Shown in pieces: positions 49,724 to 62,599 of a stretch of DNA of 64,000 nt; position 1 is the stretch's first letter; every line of letters starts with the position of its first letter. The DNA comes from Haliotis cracherodii (Eukaryota): the NCBI RefSeq assembly GCF_022045235.1, contig NW_027266343.1, positions 31,496,001 to 31,560,000 on the forward strand, written 5' to 3'. A model generated the notes under the pieces. It was not told the origin of the DNA. It ran no database searches and saw only the letters and a list, made by a program, of their open reading frames with translations. Position numbers and translations under genes: made by a program.

Positions 49724-50371
49724 GTAACTGAGGAATCTGCGAAAGATATTGAGGCAGCAACGCAAGACCAGTCCCGGAGCCCAGTGTGGCACACAGAAAG
49801 AAAGTGGCGCCTCACAGCCTCAAGGTTTGGTGAAGTGACCAAAATGACCAACCGAAGAAATAAGGAGAAGTTATGTAAATCAATTGTGTCCACAAAAATT
49901 TTATCATGTAAGCCTGTAATTCATGGAAAGCAGTATGAAAAAATAGCACTTTCAAAATTTGAATCCATGTACAATATCAAAACAAAAAAGGCAGGTCTAT
50001 TTGTTTCCTGTTCTGAACCCTATCTGGGTGCTACGCCAGATGCCATTATTGATGCTGATATCTTGGTTGAGGTGAAATGTCCATATGCTGGAAGAAATGA
50101 TCACATTAAACCTGGTAAACATTTTCCATATCTTCATTACAATGTAAACAATCAGATTTGTTTAAATCCCAGTAGTCACTACTACTGTCAGGTACAGGGA
50201 CAGATGTACTTAGCAAAGCGTCAATTTTGCTATTTTGTTGTTTACACATTCTGTGACATGTTTGTAGAAAAGGTCAGTGTTGATAAAGATTTCTGTCAGT
50301 ACTCATTAATTCCAAAACTTGAACTGTTCTATACCAAACATCTAAGACCATACATTGCTTCTACATTGTAA
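49724..50371 (+). CDS. SAP-SWIM-YqaJ nuclease exon 5 (YqaJ/lambda-exonuclease PD-(D/E)xK domain)
   Basis: Motifs TQDQS..W..ER..RLTASRFG, HGKQYE, LGATPDA, VEVKCPY and YYCQVQGQM. The spliced CDS is 1554 nt (517 aa), open. Confidence 0.93.
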   Translation, partial: VTEESAKDIEAATQDQSRSPVWHTERKWRLTASRFGEVTKMTNRRNKEKLCKSIVSTKILSCKPVIHGKQYEKIALSKFESMYNIKTKKAGLFVSCSEPYLGATPDAIIDADILVEVKCPYAGRNDHIKPGKHFPYLHYNVNNQICLNPSSHYYCQVQGQMYLAKRQFCYFVVYTFCDMFVEKVSVDKDFCQYSLIPKLELFYTKHLRPYIASTL

Positions 50372-50564
50372 ATCATGTTTTTCCCCTTAGATACATCATT
50401 AAGGCATTTATGAGTCAGAGCTTGTGTATGTACCAGTGGTAATAACCGTATGTTTGATTCCCATTGGGAGTTTGTGTTTGTGTATTAAGCACAATCAGGT
50501 TGTCTTATTCCTGAAATTAACTCAAAATCTAAAAATGTCTTACAGTTATATCCAGATCTAATAG

Positions 50565-50700
50565 AAATATTCCTTGGACTTTTTGTTGATGATGGTCTTT
50601 TCTCTTATTCGGTAATTGGTCTCCAGCATCAAATCAACATTTTGGAAACTTACTGTGACAAATGGTGACTGTTTGTCAGTCTTTATAACTAAAGTATCAT
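50565..50700 (+). pseudogene. LINE reverse-transcriptase fragment in the transposon intergenic region
   Basis: Degenerate FVDD...S.S..GLQHQINILETYCDKW resembles the RT segment that follows YADD. Confidence 0.55.
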
Positions 50701-51866
50701 TTTATGCTTGGGTGAAGTAAACTCTGTATCACTTAAGAAAAAAAATATCCAAATAAGTTCACATATTTTCCAAATATCAATTTGTTTCACATGCTCATGT
50801 CAACATCAAATGTTATATTAATACAAATTATTATATTGTGCATACATCATGCATATTCTGTGCCTTGATCTATATTTGCAATGAATAAGCAATTTGAATT
50901 GTAAATCATACACATGTCCAATATGATTTAGCTACCATTAAGACAGTTTAGTGTGAAGTTGAAGATTCATGAAGATTCCATTTGAAGAATATACACAGTA
51001 CTCAACTAATGTTCCATATATACACACGTTTATTCAGACACTCAAGAGAAAGATTTTGGGTTTCCTCCAGATTTCACTGAACAGGTTTACAACCTGTTAC
51101 CACAATGTACATACACATTGTAAGAGCATCAGTGGAGCGGTACATTGAGCTCAGGTGTAACTACAGTACACAGAGTTAGAAATAATAATCTGCTGTGGTT
51201 TGAGACTATTACAGGTAATTGGCAAAGTTAAAATATTCTGGTTTTGGAATGCCAATCAATTGTTTGACTAAATATGGTAATACCACCAAACAAAATGACA
51301 GCATGTCACCTTTATCTTTCATTTCAAAGCTTACCATATGCATAAATAACTAAGGAAAAGAAGCAATTTCTTTGACACATGAGAGATTCACATTTTAATA
51401 TGACATGCGTGTGTCACAAGTTACACTCCATACACTTTTTGGGTCGTGAGGAGATTTTCACACTCAGTTGAAAGCCAGAAGCCAGTACAAATGTAAGGTT
51501 AGCCTTGTATGAATATGTTTTCAGTGGGATAAGCCTCAAATAACTGAAATATTGTGAGCCCATCGCTGTTAAAAACTGTCTCTTTGACTAAAAATAACAT
51601 ATGTTTGATTGAAATGGTTCAACCTTTGAAAAATGTTGGTGCAAATAATGAAGTATTTTTCAGACAATGTAGGACTATATATATCACACAAGTGATTGTC
51701 AATAGTATTCATTATGTACATCATATTAGGTATTGTTAGACTTTACCTTACAAATTGAATTTTCAACACCACCAGTCACATTTTAAAGCCTTAATGAATT
51801 CAGTTCAGCTCCATAAATGTGAAAATGTAGGTAACTTTAATACTTTATATACATATTGTCATTTAG

Positions 51867-52102
51867 TTGGTTTGTTTGTTGTTTTACGCCGCAATATTCC
51901 AGCTATATGACAGCGGTCTGTAAATCATCGAGTCTGGATCAGACAATCCTGTGATTGACATCATGAGCATCAATCCACGCAATTGGGATAGATGACATGC
52001 ATCAACCAAGTGAGCGAGCCTGACCACCCGATCCCATTAGTCGCCTTTTACGGCAAGCATGGGTTGCTGAAGACCGATTCTACCCCGGAATCTTCCCGGG
52101 TC
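51867..52102 (-). mobile_element. Family C short retroposon inside the transposon
   Basis: tgtcatttag on both flanks; 5' end GACCCG; single 22-bp unit. Confidence 0.9.
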
Positions 52103-52369
52103 TACTGTCATTTAGATTTTGTTTAAGATAAGTATCATATTAGGTTCATATGCCCAAGGTACTCTGTGATTAAAATTACCTTTTCATAGCTTTAACAACA
52201 CTCATTCAATGGTCAATAAGCTAAATACAAGAACTGTACATCTCCTTAAATCTGTTGCTCTGTATATGAAACATGTTTTCAAATTACGAGCTCTCACATG
52301 ACCACTTATTATTACGAAAAACTGTACTATAGGCCATGTGACCATACCGATTATATTACTTCTGTATAA

Positions 52370-52533
52370 GGCAGTGGGGTGGCCTTATGGCTAAAGTGTT
52401 TACTCGTCACTCCGAAGACCCGGGTTCAATTCCCGACATGGGTAACATGGGTGAAGCTCATTTCTGGTGTCCTCCACCATGATATTGCTGGAATATTGCT
52501 AAAAGCGGTGTAAAACAATTCTCAATAACTCAC
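52370..52533 (+). mobile_element. SINE family A, degenerate, just past the transposase stop
   Basis: Matches the consensus with many transitions. Confidence 0.82.
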
Positions 52534-52604
52534 ACTACTGAATAAAATTCTACTACTACTACTACTACAAATTTCAGTCACAGATATCACAAAGAAGAGA
52601 TGCT

Positions 52605-53767
52605 TCAAGCAAATTCATTTACAATGGAATTTCTGAAATTTGAAATAGCAAAACAAACATAAACAATCCGCGATCCAAGTACTACTTTACTTGGTGGGAG
52701 ATGTTTTTTCAGAATTTTGAAAGTTTTACTCAGACCAATTATACGTTCAACATGGATTCTTTTAGAAGCAATTCTTCTATCCTTAACAACATCTTCTGGT
52801 TCTAACTGTGACTTGCCTTTCAACATAGTTGGGGTGTTTACTTGAGTATCTTGGGCTGCAAATAAGTCTTGAACCATAATGCCCCTGTCAGCCATAATGC
52901 TATCTTGTTTTTCAAACATACCATGTGATGGGTTAAGTAAAGGAGACTGTTCTATGATCTGTCTGTCACTAGCAGACCCCCCAAAAGATTCACTAATAAA
53001 TGAGACTGCCCCCCTGGGTGTGCAACCGATCATAGTTTTCAATGTGTTTTGATGTTTATAGCTGGACCATGTCATGCTCTGAGCATCAACATGAGATGGC
53101 TTCTTTATCGGTATCTCTGTTGCATCCAAAATGACTCTAGTGTTTTTAAACTTCTTACCGAAATCTGTTGGCATGTGATCATCAACAGTTGCTCTTGATG
53201 GCCATATCTGTAGTTCCTTCAGTTGGAAATATAAGAAATTGATCCATGTTATTACAATTTGGGAAACAGTGGATGATGATATGCCAAACAAGAAACTTAA
53301 TTCAATGTCATCCTTGGCCTGTCTTAATTTCATTAGAGTTAAAAACAGTTGGTCTTTTGGGTGCAAGAGTTCACATTGATAGTTCAGTTCAAAAACTGCT
53401 GGACCAAGCAAGTGAAAGAAAAACATGAAATGGTCATAATCTTGGAAACCAGCAAAGTACAAAACAGCTTTGGGATTATTTATGTAGGTTTCTATGGAAC
53501 AACTTCCTAACAAACTGCACTGAGTAGACTGAGAGTCACTTTTACATGTTTCAAGAGGCTCATTCAAGCTACATGGGCTTGTGATAGCACAATCCTCTCC
53601 AATACCGATTTCCACCTCCGACGACACATTCAATATAGCTATGTTGGCTTCTTCTTCACGGAGTTGATGTGCCCTCTTTGGTCGAGTTGGTAGTGCTGAT
53701 GTACTGGTGCATGATGTATGTGGGAAGATGGAGGGAACCGCAGCTGCCCGGAGACGACTTCGTTCAC
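52605..53767 (-). CDS. THAP-HTH-DDE (DDE_Tnp_4 / Harbinger-like) transposase exon 2
   Basis: AVPSIF (end of THAP); DQLFLTLMKLR..LSFLFGISSSTVS (HTH_Tnp_4); catalytic ILDATE, MADRG and RIHVERIIG. The spliced CDS is 1365 nt (454 aa). Confidence 0.93.
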
Positions 53768-54282
53768 CTTATGTTAAATACATTTAATGTAAGTTACAGA
53801 AAAATGAAAGGTTTCAATTTATTGAAATGAAAACAAATGCATATTGAGGTGATTTTCCTCTTAATAATTAAGAAAATAAGCAAGTAGCTTTTAATTTTTT
53901 ATAAGTCTTATTAATTATATGAAAATGCAGGTGAAAATTTAACAACAATGAAGTAATGTTACATGTGGAAAGACCTCAAATTCCTCTAGTGATTTACTTA
54001 TAGAGTTTACCAATAATAGAAAATTGTACAAAACTGAGTTTCCCAGGCCTCGTTGAGTAATTCTTCCGTCGGAAGCTTCAGGCTTGTCATCGTTTGTATG
54101 GCTCCTTAAAAACAGGAATTTAACACAAAGCAACAAGAACAAACATTTAACAAGGAATCAACTAAAATAATTATATCTAAATTCACTTGCAAACATGGCA
54201 TAAATCAACAATACACAAGTTGAAGACACATTCATGGTTGTGTTTTATGATATTCATTATCTAAATGTGTGTGTACGCTATA

Positions 54283-54695
54283 CAGAGCTACAGATAAGCT
54301 GCACATTTGTGTAAAATACTCCCCAAAAATATTGAAAAGCCAATTACACACTGATTATCTTGTGTACAAAAATGCATGCATTTAAGGAAAAACTCAAATG
54401 TATGAAAACAGCATGCGTTAATACCCAATGAAGCTTTTTCAGCAATCGTAAAACAGGGCTAATTTCTGAAACACAATTATGAGCTAATTTACTGAGTCAA
54501 GCCTATATATTAAGTACAGTTATATACATCTAATGATAAATGTTCACTAATTTTGGGAAAATCCTAATCGAGTCATGAATGGATGATTGAAATAATATTG
54601 GTTACCCTTTGAAAAATGTTATACTTATAAACCATTTAAAATAGAAACCCTAGAATAAAAACTCATTTGCTCAAAAACAGTTATCTGGAGCTCTG
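54283..54695. mobile_element. ~415-bp MITE in the transposase intron
   Basis: Same TIRs and body as 2462-2879. Confidence 0.85.
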
Positions 54696-55156
54696 ATTAT
54701 AGAAATATCTTTACATTGCTTTAAGCAAGCAGAAACTTAATCATATTTACTAAGGTAAATGGGTCTGTGAATGAACAGCTGCTGAACAGTAGCATGAGGA
54801 TATTAGCTATTCAATAATAATAAATCACATTTTGACATGTATATTTTTTTCTATGAATAAATTTACTTCGTTGTTATAGTTAATAAAAGAAAGATTGTTT
54901 ACATAATAACATACATAAATAAATATACAATCAAATGTTTGGGCCTAATCATTAATGTTTGGGTCTGTGAATGAACAGCTGATAAACAGGGCCCAGTTAC
55001 CAGTATGAGGATATTGGCTATTCGATATTTGTTATAGGCTAATATATTCTGCTTTTGCGCTTTTCTTTGCCAACATACAAAAAAAACAGTAATAAAACCA
55101 TGCACAAATAATTATTTATCATTCTCAACAGACAAAATAATACTGTTTTTACGAAC

Positions 55157-55358
55157 CTAATAGTGTATCCACGAAATCATCATCAGTGAAGTGAGCCCTA
55201 CAGACTACGTCGCCTGTCCCTTGCTTCCACAGATTCTTTGTTGGAACATCAACTCTTCTTACCGCCACGCGCCACTTTTGTTGCAGGTCGGGGTCTGAAG
55301 GGTATTTATGTCCTCCAATCTTATTTTTACAACCCGGAACAGAGCAGTATCTTGGCAT
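55157..55358 (-). CDS. THAP-HTH-DDE transposase exon 1 (THAP zinc finger)
   Basis: MPRYCSVPGC...YP...W...VCRAHF is the C2CH THAP signature. tag|gttcgt donor, phase 1, joins exon 2 in frame. Confidence 0.92.
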
Positions 55359-55478
55359 AGCTGATAACGGTCGAGTGAATCTTCGATACGAGCCACTTTG
55401 AAAGCAGACTTCCGGTTGTGACTTATAACCACTAGTACATTTGCGCCACCTAGCGAGTAAATTGGGGCGGTGTCTCCC

Positions 55479-55712
55479 ATTCGCTGCACAGACTTGCGTC
55501 CCTTGGGCACGCCAGAAACCTATGATTGTGGGTTCGAATCCCGGTTCTCCCCGATTATGTATTTTGGTTTGTCAGCACCATACCCGTGCTCGTGGGTTTC
55601 ACCGAAGTGGTAAACATCTAAGACCTGCCTCATATCAGGTCTTCCTCTCACATTGAGCTGTGACGCCGTGATATAACTGGAATACTGTTAAAAGAGGCGT
55701 TAAACACAACTC
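55479..55712 (+). mobile_element. SINE family D 3' piece, split by the transposon
   Basis: Continues the consensus from 46608 through the B box, V-like core and tail. Confidence 0.9.
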
Positions 55713-56549
55713 GCTAGCTCGAAACCCTAAGAACCAAAACAAAATCTGACATCCTTACGTTTTATTGGACATCTATATATTCAATTTTAAGCTTCTTCTA
55801 CTGATGCTCCCATAGTTATCTCCCCTGTGATGTCTGATTATCTCCCTTTGTACAACACATGACATCAGTGTAAGTGAGTTGGTAGGGTTAAAAGCAGTAT
55901 GACATCTAAAGTCAGAGGATGGGACCGATCTATCCGAAATCGACGTTTTTGTCCACCAGGTGGCGCGGGACAGGGTCACGTGAACACAAGATCTGCTCTC
56001 CGATTACAGAGTTGATGGTGTCCGGTCGGAATGACAAGCAGGCTACCTATCACTGAAGATCGACAATCACATATCCAGACACCAGCATCTCGGGGGAGTC
56101 TAGCAGTGGAGATGTTAGACGGATCTCACCAATTATACAAAGGGAAAGTGCAAACCGGTCGCGCATTTAGAGACAGTGATTAATTTAGACGCCGTTTCAT
56201 CTATGATCTGACTGCAGATCCTCCGGTTAGCTCTCCCTCCTGTCATAGACTGAGGTGCACCATATAATCTGATGATGGCCTTCACCCAAACTGACGGGGC
56301 AGGGAGGACCCAGAGGTGTACGGTGACGCACTTCGCTGTACTGTGCTGAATTATGCCCCTTACCGTGTCAGAATCTCTTGGAGAAAACCCCGATTACGAT
56401 AATGGTCTGGCAGAACCAATTATCGTATTCTATGGTCTCCCCAAAGAAGAAATAGTCAAAAACCTGCATCACATGGAATATCCTTCTGCATCACTTTGAC
56501 ACGACATAACTGTTCTGTTCGAAATTCTGTTCGAAATTATGGAACACTC

Positions 56550-56806
56550 TAATGCGCCGCAGAGATGAAATCTATGGTAGTTGGTTCGAATCCCGGTTCG
56601 TCCCGATCATGTTTCTAGGTTTGTCAGCATCATACCTGTGCTCGTGGGTTTCACCGAAGTGGTACACGTCTGAGACCTGCATTACTTCGGGCTTTCCTCC
56701 CACAGTTAGCTGACACGCCGTGACATAACTGGCCTGGGGCACTGTTCAAAGCGGTGTCACTCACTCACTCACTCACTCACTCACTCACTCACGCACTCAC
56801 TCACTC
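56550..56806 (+). mobile_element. SINE family D, partial, with long (actc)n tail
   Basis: B box and gtgggtttc...tttcctcccac core. Confidence 0.85.
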
Positions 56807-56897
56807 AAATGACACGTTGTGTTGTAACTGAAAGACAATTCACAGTGTTATAAGACTCACTCACTGAAATAAGATGTATCTATTTCATTACCGATAA

Positions 56898-57176
56898 GGG
56901 GGCACAGGTGGCCCAGTCGTCTAAGGCGCCGCGATTCGCTGTCCAGAGCTGCGTCCCATGGGCACGCCAGAAATCTATGGTTGTGGGTTCGAATCCCGGT
57001 TCGCCCCGATTATGTTTCTAGGTTTGTCAGCACCATACCAGTGCTTGTGGGTTTCACCGAAGTCGTAAACGTCTGAGACCTGCATCACTTCGGGCTTTCC
57101 TCCCACATTAAGCTGACACGCCGCTATATAACTGGAATACTGTTAAAGCGGCGTTAAACCCAACTCACCCACTCAC
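56898..57176 (+). mobile_element. SINE family D, full length
   Basis: 13-bp TSD tcattaccgataa (56885-56897 / 57177-57189). Confidence 0.95.
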
Positions 57177-58789
57177 TCATTACCGATAACATTTCTTGGA
57201 ACAGCCAATGATTTCTGTTCTCCATGTACCTCGTGCATGGATGAGTTCATGTGATTCAAAGGGGTGGAAGACTGAGGACATGAACCACAAACATTTCGGA
57301 ATAACTGAACATCAAATACAATCTAATCGTCATTTTATTCTGTGTGATGCCTATTCAATATGTTTTCAATGTGCCCAGAGTAGGGGTCTAAATCAATCCT
57401 AAGTGAAACAGCTGATAAATAGAAAAGCCATAAACATATTCCTAGCCAAACGTTATTGCTGAATAACGTCTTTCTTAGAGATATAACAAGGTCAAGGACA
57501 TTCAGACAGACTGCTGTGAATCACAAGCATATTCTTTCAATCACATCATTGATATTTTTGTCGGTGATGAAAATGAAATGATGCTGGACAAAGTCTTCCT
57601 AAACGGCCACATAAGAGAGGTTTGTGTGCACAGCCAGACATACGTCTACCATCGACCCGTTCGTCATCACTGAGTCGGTATGTGTGTGTGTTTCTAGAAG
57701 ATGTTTTTGGTGGGATTACTTCAGGACAAGCGTGTTGCTCCAGTAATCTAGAGGCCGTGCCTTTTCCCTCATCATTTGCACTACTTGTTTTGCCCTACAT
57801 CCCAGACGTGCTTCTCACCCAGACGGGGCCCTGAGGCCCGAAAGGGGTAAGACTCAACACTGTAAAGGCGCTAGAGTAAACACGATTCGCACGAGCAGCT
57901 CGGACGGTGGTATTGATATAATTCAACCTTTTTTCCGATGTCCAGTCCCCCGAGGTTTGTCAACAGAGATGGTAATGGAGTGACCTGACCTTCGCTTCAA
58001 TTCCCCGAGTTTCTCAAAGAGAAGGACGGCGTCCAATTTTCTACTTCAGCCCTACCGGCAATCCGGGCACTTTGGGAGGGAGTTATGGTCAGTTAGCAAC
58101 TACCCTGAGTTCATGACGTCATTGATAAGAGTGCCCTCATTTGCTGGCTATTCATCAGTAGTTGAATCTGTGTCTGAGGCTGTCCTCTGAACCTGAACTA
58201 CTTATTTTGAGACGTCTGTGAGTTCTTGATGCTGTGTAATTGTGTTCGTCAGACGTATTCACAACAGCAATGCTGTTTTGTAGGGTTTCCATTCAAGCAA
58301 CACCTTTATATATAAATCTTTACTAGCATGTGGCAATATTCTAAAGGTTTCATGACTGAGATCAATGGTACTGCTGGGTCGTATGATGTAATGACAGGCT
58401 TTCGGGCATAAATATACATTCTTGTGTGGACGTGTAGATCAAACGTTTTTTGTCATGTTTTATATGACGACATACAGTTACAGATATCATTAGCAATTCA
58501 GGTTGGAAGTTGAAATGATTATTTTTGACCTCATATATATTCTCTGCAGTTAAGTAGGGGATATTCGATAATAGCGGATGATTACTGAAATACCAAGATT
58601 GAGGTAATAGATGGGTAAGAAAAAATGAAGAATTGGTTTATCATGACAATCAACATATCGTACTGACTGTATATTGTAAGGGTGCAAACAAGCAAGACAG
58701 CGACAGGGGTGCGTAGTCAAAACATGAACGTTTGAAATGACTTGATCACTAATGGGTCATGCCCCCACGATTGGTCAAACATTCATTTA

Positions 58790-59900
58790 TAGGGCTTGGT
58801 CAGATTCTTTCTCCCAATGAAAATTTGAGGGAGTCCTGTCAACTCCACTTGCAGCGCCTATCCCAGTTCGGCTAATGTAGCGGGTGGCCTTTGACTTCGG
58901 CGTACACGTCTCCTGATCGTGTCCCAGACGTGCTCTATGGGAAAGGTCAGGAGTCATGTCTGACCATTTCATTCTGGTGATGTTGTGCTGCTGGAGGTAG
59001 TCAGTAACGATACGTGAACGATGGGTACGAGCGATATTGTCTTGAAAGACAAAACTTGCATCAATTCAAACGGTATTAATTTTGGCACAGTATGTTGTCT
59101 CGGTAGTACTGTCCAGTGACCTTTCCATGTACCATACGCTTTAGCGTCTTGGCTGTCATTGTGATTCCACCCATTATCATCGGAGATCACCCCCAAAATG
59201 TTCTATGTTAAATTACATTGACGTTCGGATGACGTTCGTTAGTCCGCCTCCAGACACGTCCACACCTATCCAGAAATTCCAGAGTTAATCTGGACTCATC
59301 TCGAAACATAACACCGGTACTTTCCCAATTCTTTTTTACACTCTAAACACCATTGGCGTCCGGCTAGAATTTGTCGATTTGTTATTGGTGATGCAAGACG
59401 TGGTTCAGCAACACGAGCATGCAGATTTCCTGCAAGCAGACGATTTCTAATCGTTTGGACAGTAACTTTAACCCTGGTGGCCTGGTGCAAATGGACAGCG
59501 ATTTGATGTTTGTTTGGGCTCGATTTCTTCTAAATTTGTGGTTTCTGATTAATCGATGCTGGTCTATTGATCTCGGGAGCCCTGTGTCTGCAGAACCCTG
59601 TTCCAAGGTCTGCAAATCACGGACTGAGACACATTGAATACGAAACCGTAAATGGATAACAACTTCCTTCTGGTATACTCTATATAGCCACGTTTCGATG
59701 TAGATTCCTTCGCGTGAGTGTGTCAAAATCTGCATAGAAACGTCGCTATATGCAATAAACCAGAAGATGTTATCAATAAAGTTGTACTTTTTCTTTTTGA
59801 CACACCAACTTGTAGAATGCCAATCAAACAGAGACACATTGAACATACTGGCCAACTCTCGCTGAGTTCGACCAGCTTGAAGCATGCAAATAGCCCATCA
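58790..59900 (-). pseudogene. Highly degenerate Tc1 transposase relic
   Basis: Fragments MLQAGRTQRELASMFNVS, QTIRNRLLAGNLHAR and GRVWRR; no TIRs found. Confidence 0.65.
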
Positions 59901-62599
59901 TCACATCGTAGACCATGCATTCACTAATCCCAAATCCTGAATTAAAGCCAGAGAAGAAGGCTTTCGTGTTACTGTGGAGAATGCAATTCAACAATACTAA
60001 TGGCTCAGCGCGATTTGACGACGTTTTACTGAAGTGTCAAACTCAAGAATGACCGTAATACTAATCAACCATTCCACCCATCCATAATAAAAATAATGAT
60101 TATTAATAGGTATTTGTTATTTAACGTCGCACTCAGCCATATTCCAGCTATATAGTGTTGGTCTGTAAATAATCGAGCCTGGACCAACCAATCCAGTGAT
60201 TGACATTATATGCACCGATCCACTAAATTTCTTTCCACTTTCATTTGAGAATTACAACAGCGATACCAGGGCTGTTCCGCAGAGAGTGTGATCGGGAATA
60301 TCCTGTTGGGGATACTTGGTATATAATTTCCGATTGGACGAAGACGCTGATACAGTTGAAATTGGTTGTTGTCGTATTCATGTACAGTTGATACATCATT
60401 GTCATTTGGAAACGTTTGTTTGTTGTTTAACACCGCACTCGGCAATATTCCAACTATATGATGACAATCCAGTGACTGACTTCATGATCATCAATCTACG
60501 CAGTTTGGATACGATGACATGCATCAACCATGTTAGCGAGACTGACCACCCGGTCCCCCTAGTCGCATCTTACGACAAGCATGGATCTTCATGGGGAAAG
60601 ATGTGTCGGGACATTGAGGAAGTATAAGATTAGAATGGAGACTGGACAGTTCCTTTTGAGGGGAATAGCTCAACCAGAACAGAAAATGGTTTACAATGAT
60701 ATGATAGTTCCTTTAGTGGAATAACATTCTAACACTGTCCCTATGATACATTCATTAAAAAAATGTCTGCTATTCAAACACTCCGTCATAACTTTTATTA
60801 AAACAGGCCAGTTTCATCAACGATGATTTCAACAAGTTTCTCATCATCTCTCTCGCAATCTCAGAAAAGCTCTCAATAAATATACCTTTTAAGCGAATTG
60901 TTCTTTGACCATAATCGAAAGCAACACTGACTCTTTTGAACGGCCATTATAGATTAGATTACCATTTCAATAAAAATATAATCATTTTCAAATTCAAAGA
61001 TGTGTTCACGAACAAATTCTACGTCGGCCCATAGAACCCAGTATAAACTGGATAAAGACATGTGATTTACAGCTTCACGTTTAGTTCATTAATGCTTGGA
61101 GGAACTCACAGCAGAAACACAAATAAAATAGAACTCATCTGCATCAGGGTTTTTCAGCTCAGCCTCCAAGTTTCCACAGATCCTTGTCCACATTTTCACA
61201 TGGATTCATCATGTCGTAAAACCAGGCTTTGATTATCTCGTTATCCGATGGGCTGTGGTATTTCTCATAGCGTATAGTTTATTTTGTAATTTGCCGCACA
61301 CTTGTATTGCCAGTGTAATGGCTTAAAACTGTCTTGTCAACTTCCTTCAGACGTTGGGATTAAAAATGAATTCTCCCTATGCAGTAGGATTCAAAGAGTG
61401 CTTCCTAGGGCTGTTATTATCTAATTAGATTGACAAAAGCGTATAGATTATGAGGTTAATGTCAATAAAATGCGGTTATGAAAATATTATCTAACAGCAG
61501 GATGGCAACAATGAATGCGGAATAAGGTAGCCACTGAAATATTTCTGTAAGGATTTGATTTGATTATTGTAGCCGCATTCATATCAGACAAAAATTAACT
61601 GCACCCGTGACCCCAAATTTGTTGTGAAGTTCACTAACTGCCCCCCTTGTTGCGAAGATTGTATTTTCTGTCAGGTTAATTAGATGTGTGTTTCCACTGT
61701 GGGAATTATCTAGACGTGTGAGTGATGGCGTGGGTGCCCGGATGTGATCAATACAGGTGCTGTGAGCCGGAAGAAGAACATGATAACTTGGAAATCAAGG
61801 TACTGTTTTCCAGAAGACTTATTTAGAACGCGTGAGGGAAAATGATTAATTGTTAAGGCAAATCCAACTTTAGAATGATTTCTGCCCATTGGAGCGAGAA
61901 GGCGCATTGAGATTAAAGACATGGGGGAAATGCATAGCGACACTCGGAGATGACTAAACATTTATCTGTGTTTCGAAGTAGTATTTGGATCAGTGTGTTC
62001 GCCCGGAGCAACACTGGTTTGATAAACTATGTACCACAATTCACCAAAAAAAGTAACATTGGCGAGTCTGTAGACTTTTATCTGTCCGTAGTTATCACAG
62101 TATATCTCAATCACACACCACTACCGTTCATAACTCTCTGGTGCTTTGTGGATGTATCGCTGAATGCGGACTGAAGGCTACGACATCACATTCTTATTCT
62201 TACTGTTGGTTTGATGTTTTATCAGAAGAAAAGACCAAAGTACCTCTCCCAACGATACTAGGGAGCACGGGTGGCCCAGTCGTCTAAGGCAATGGAGCTC
62301 GGCTGTGCAGAGTGGTGTCTCCAAAACCGTTGGTTCGGATCCCAGATTGATCCTATTTATAATCCTGGTTTGTCAGCTGCGTACCATTGACGTGGGTTTG
62401 ACAAACGTGGATAAACGTCTTAGATTCATATTGGATATATCATCCAACATAAAAGATACACGCTGTGAGAATACTGAAACACTGTTTCAAAGTGGCTTCA
62501 AACATAACCTGCAACAATGCCTATTGAGATTGGCACATATAACACAACGAAGACATGTCTGACATATTAGCAACCCCCGATCTTTTGTGACAGCTACAT

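Larger units (their letters stand above)
46609..55478. mobile_element. ISL2EU-type (PIF/Harbinger/IS5 group) autonomous DNA transposon, 8870 bp
   Basis: AT TSD (46607-46608 / 55479-55480) defined by the split SINE. Imperfect TIRs GGGGAGTACCGCC / GGGAGACACCGCC. Convergent YqaJ nuclease and THAP-DDE_Tnp_4 transposase genes. Confidence 0.92.

Noticed and set aside
50372-52604. Guide-RNA-like locus between the convergent transposon genes
   Set aside because: No repeat array or clear structure seen; occupied by AT-rich UTR-like sequence and retroelement scraps.
60780-61350. Minus-strand coding-like stretch (LYWVLWADVEFVREHIFEFE...)
   Set aside because: Multiple stops and no recognisable motif.
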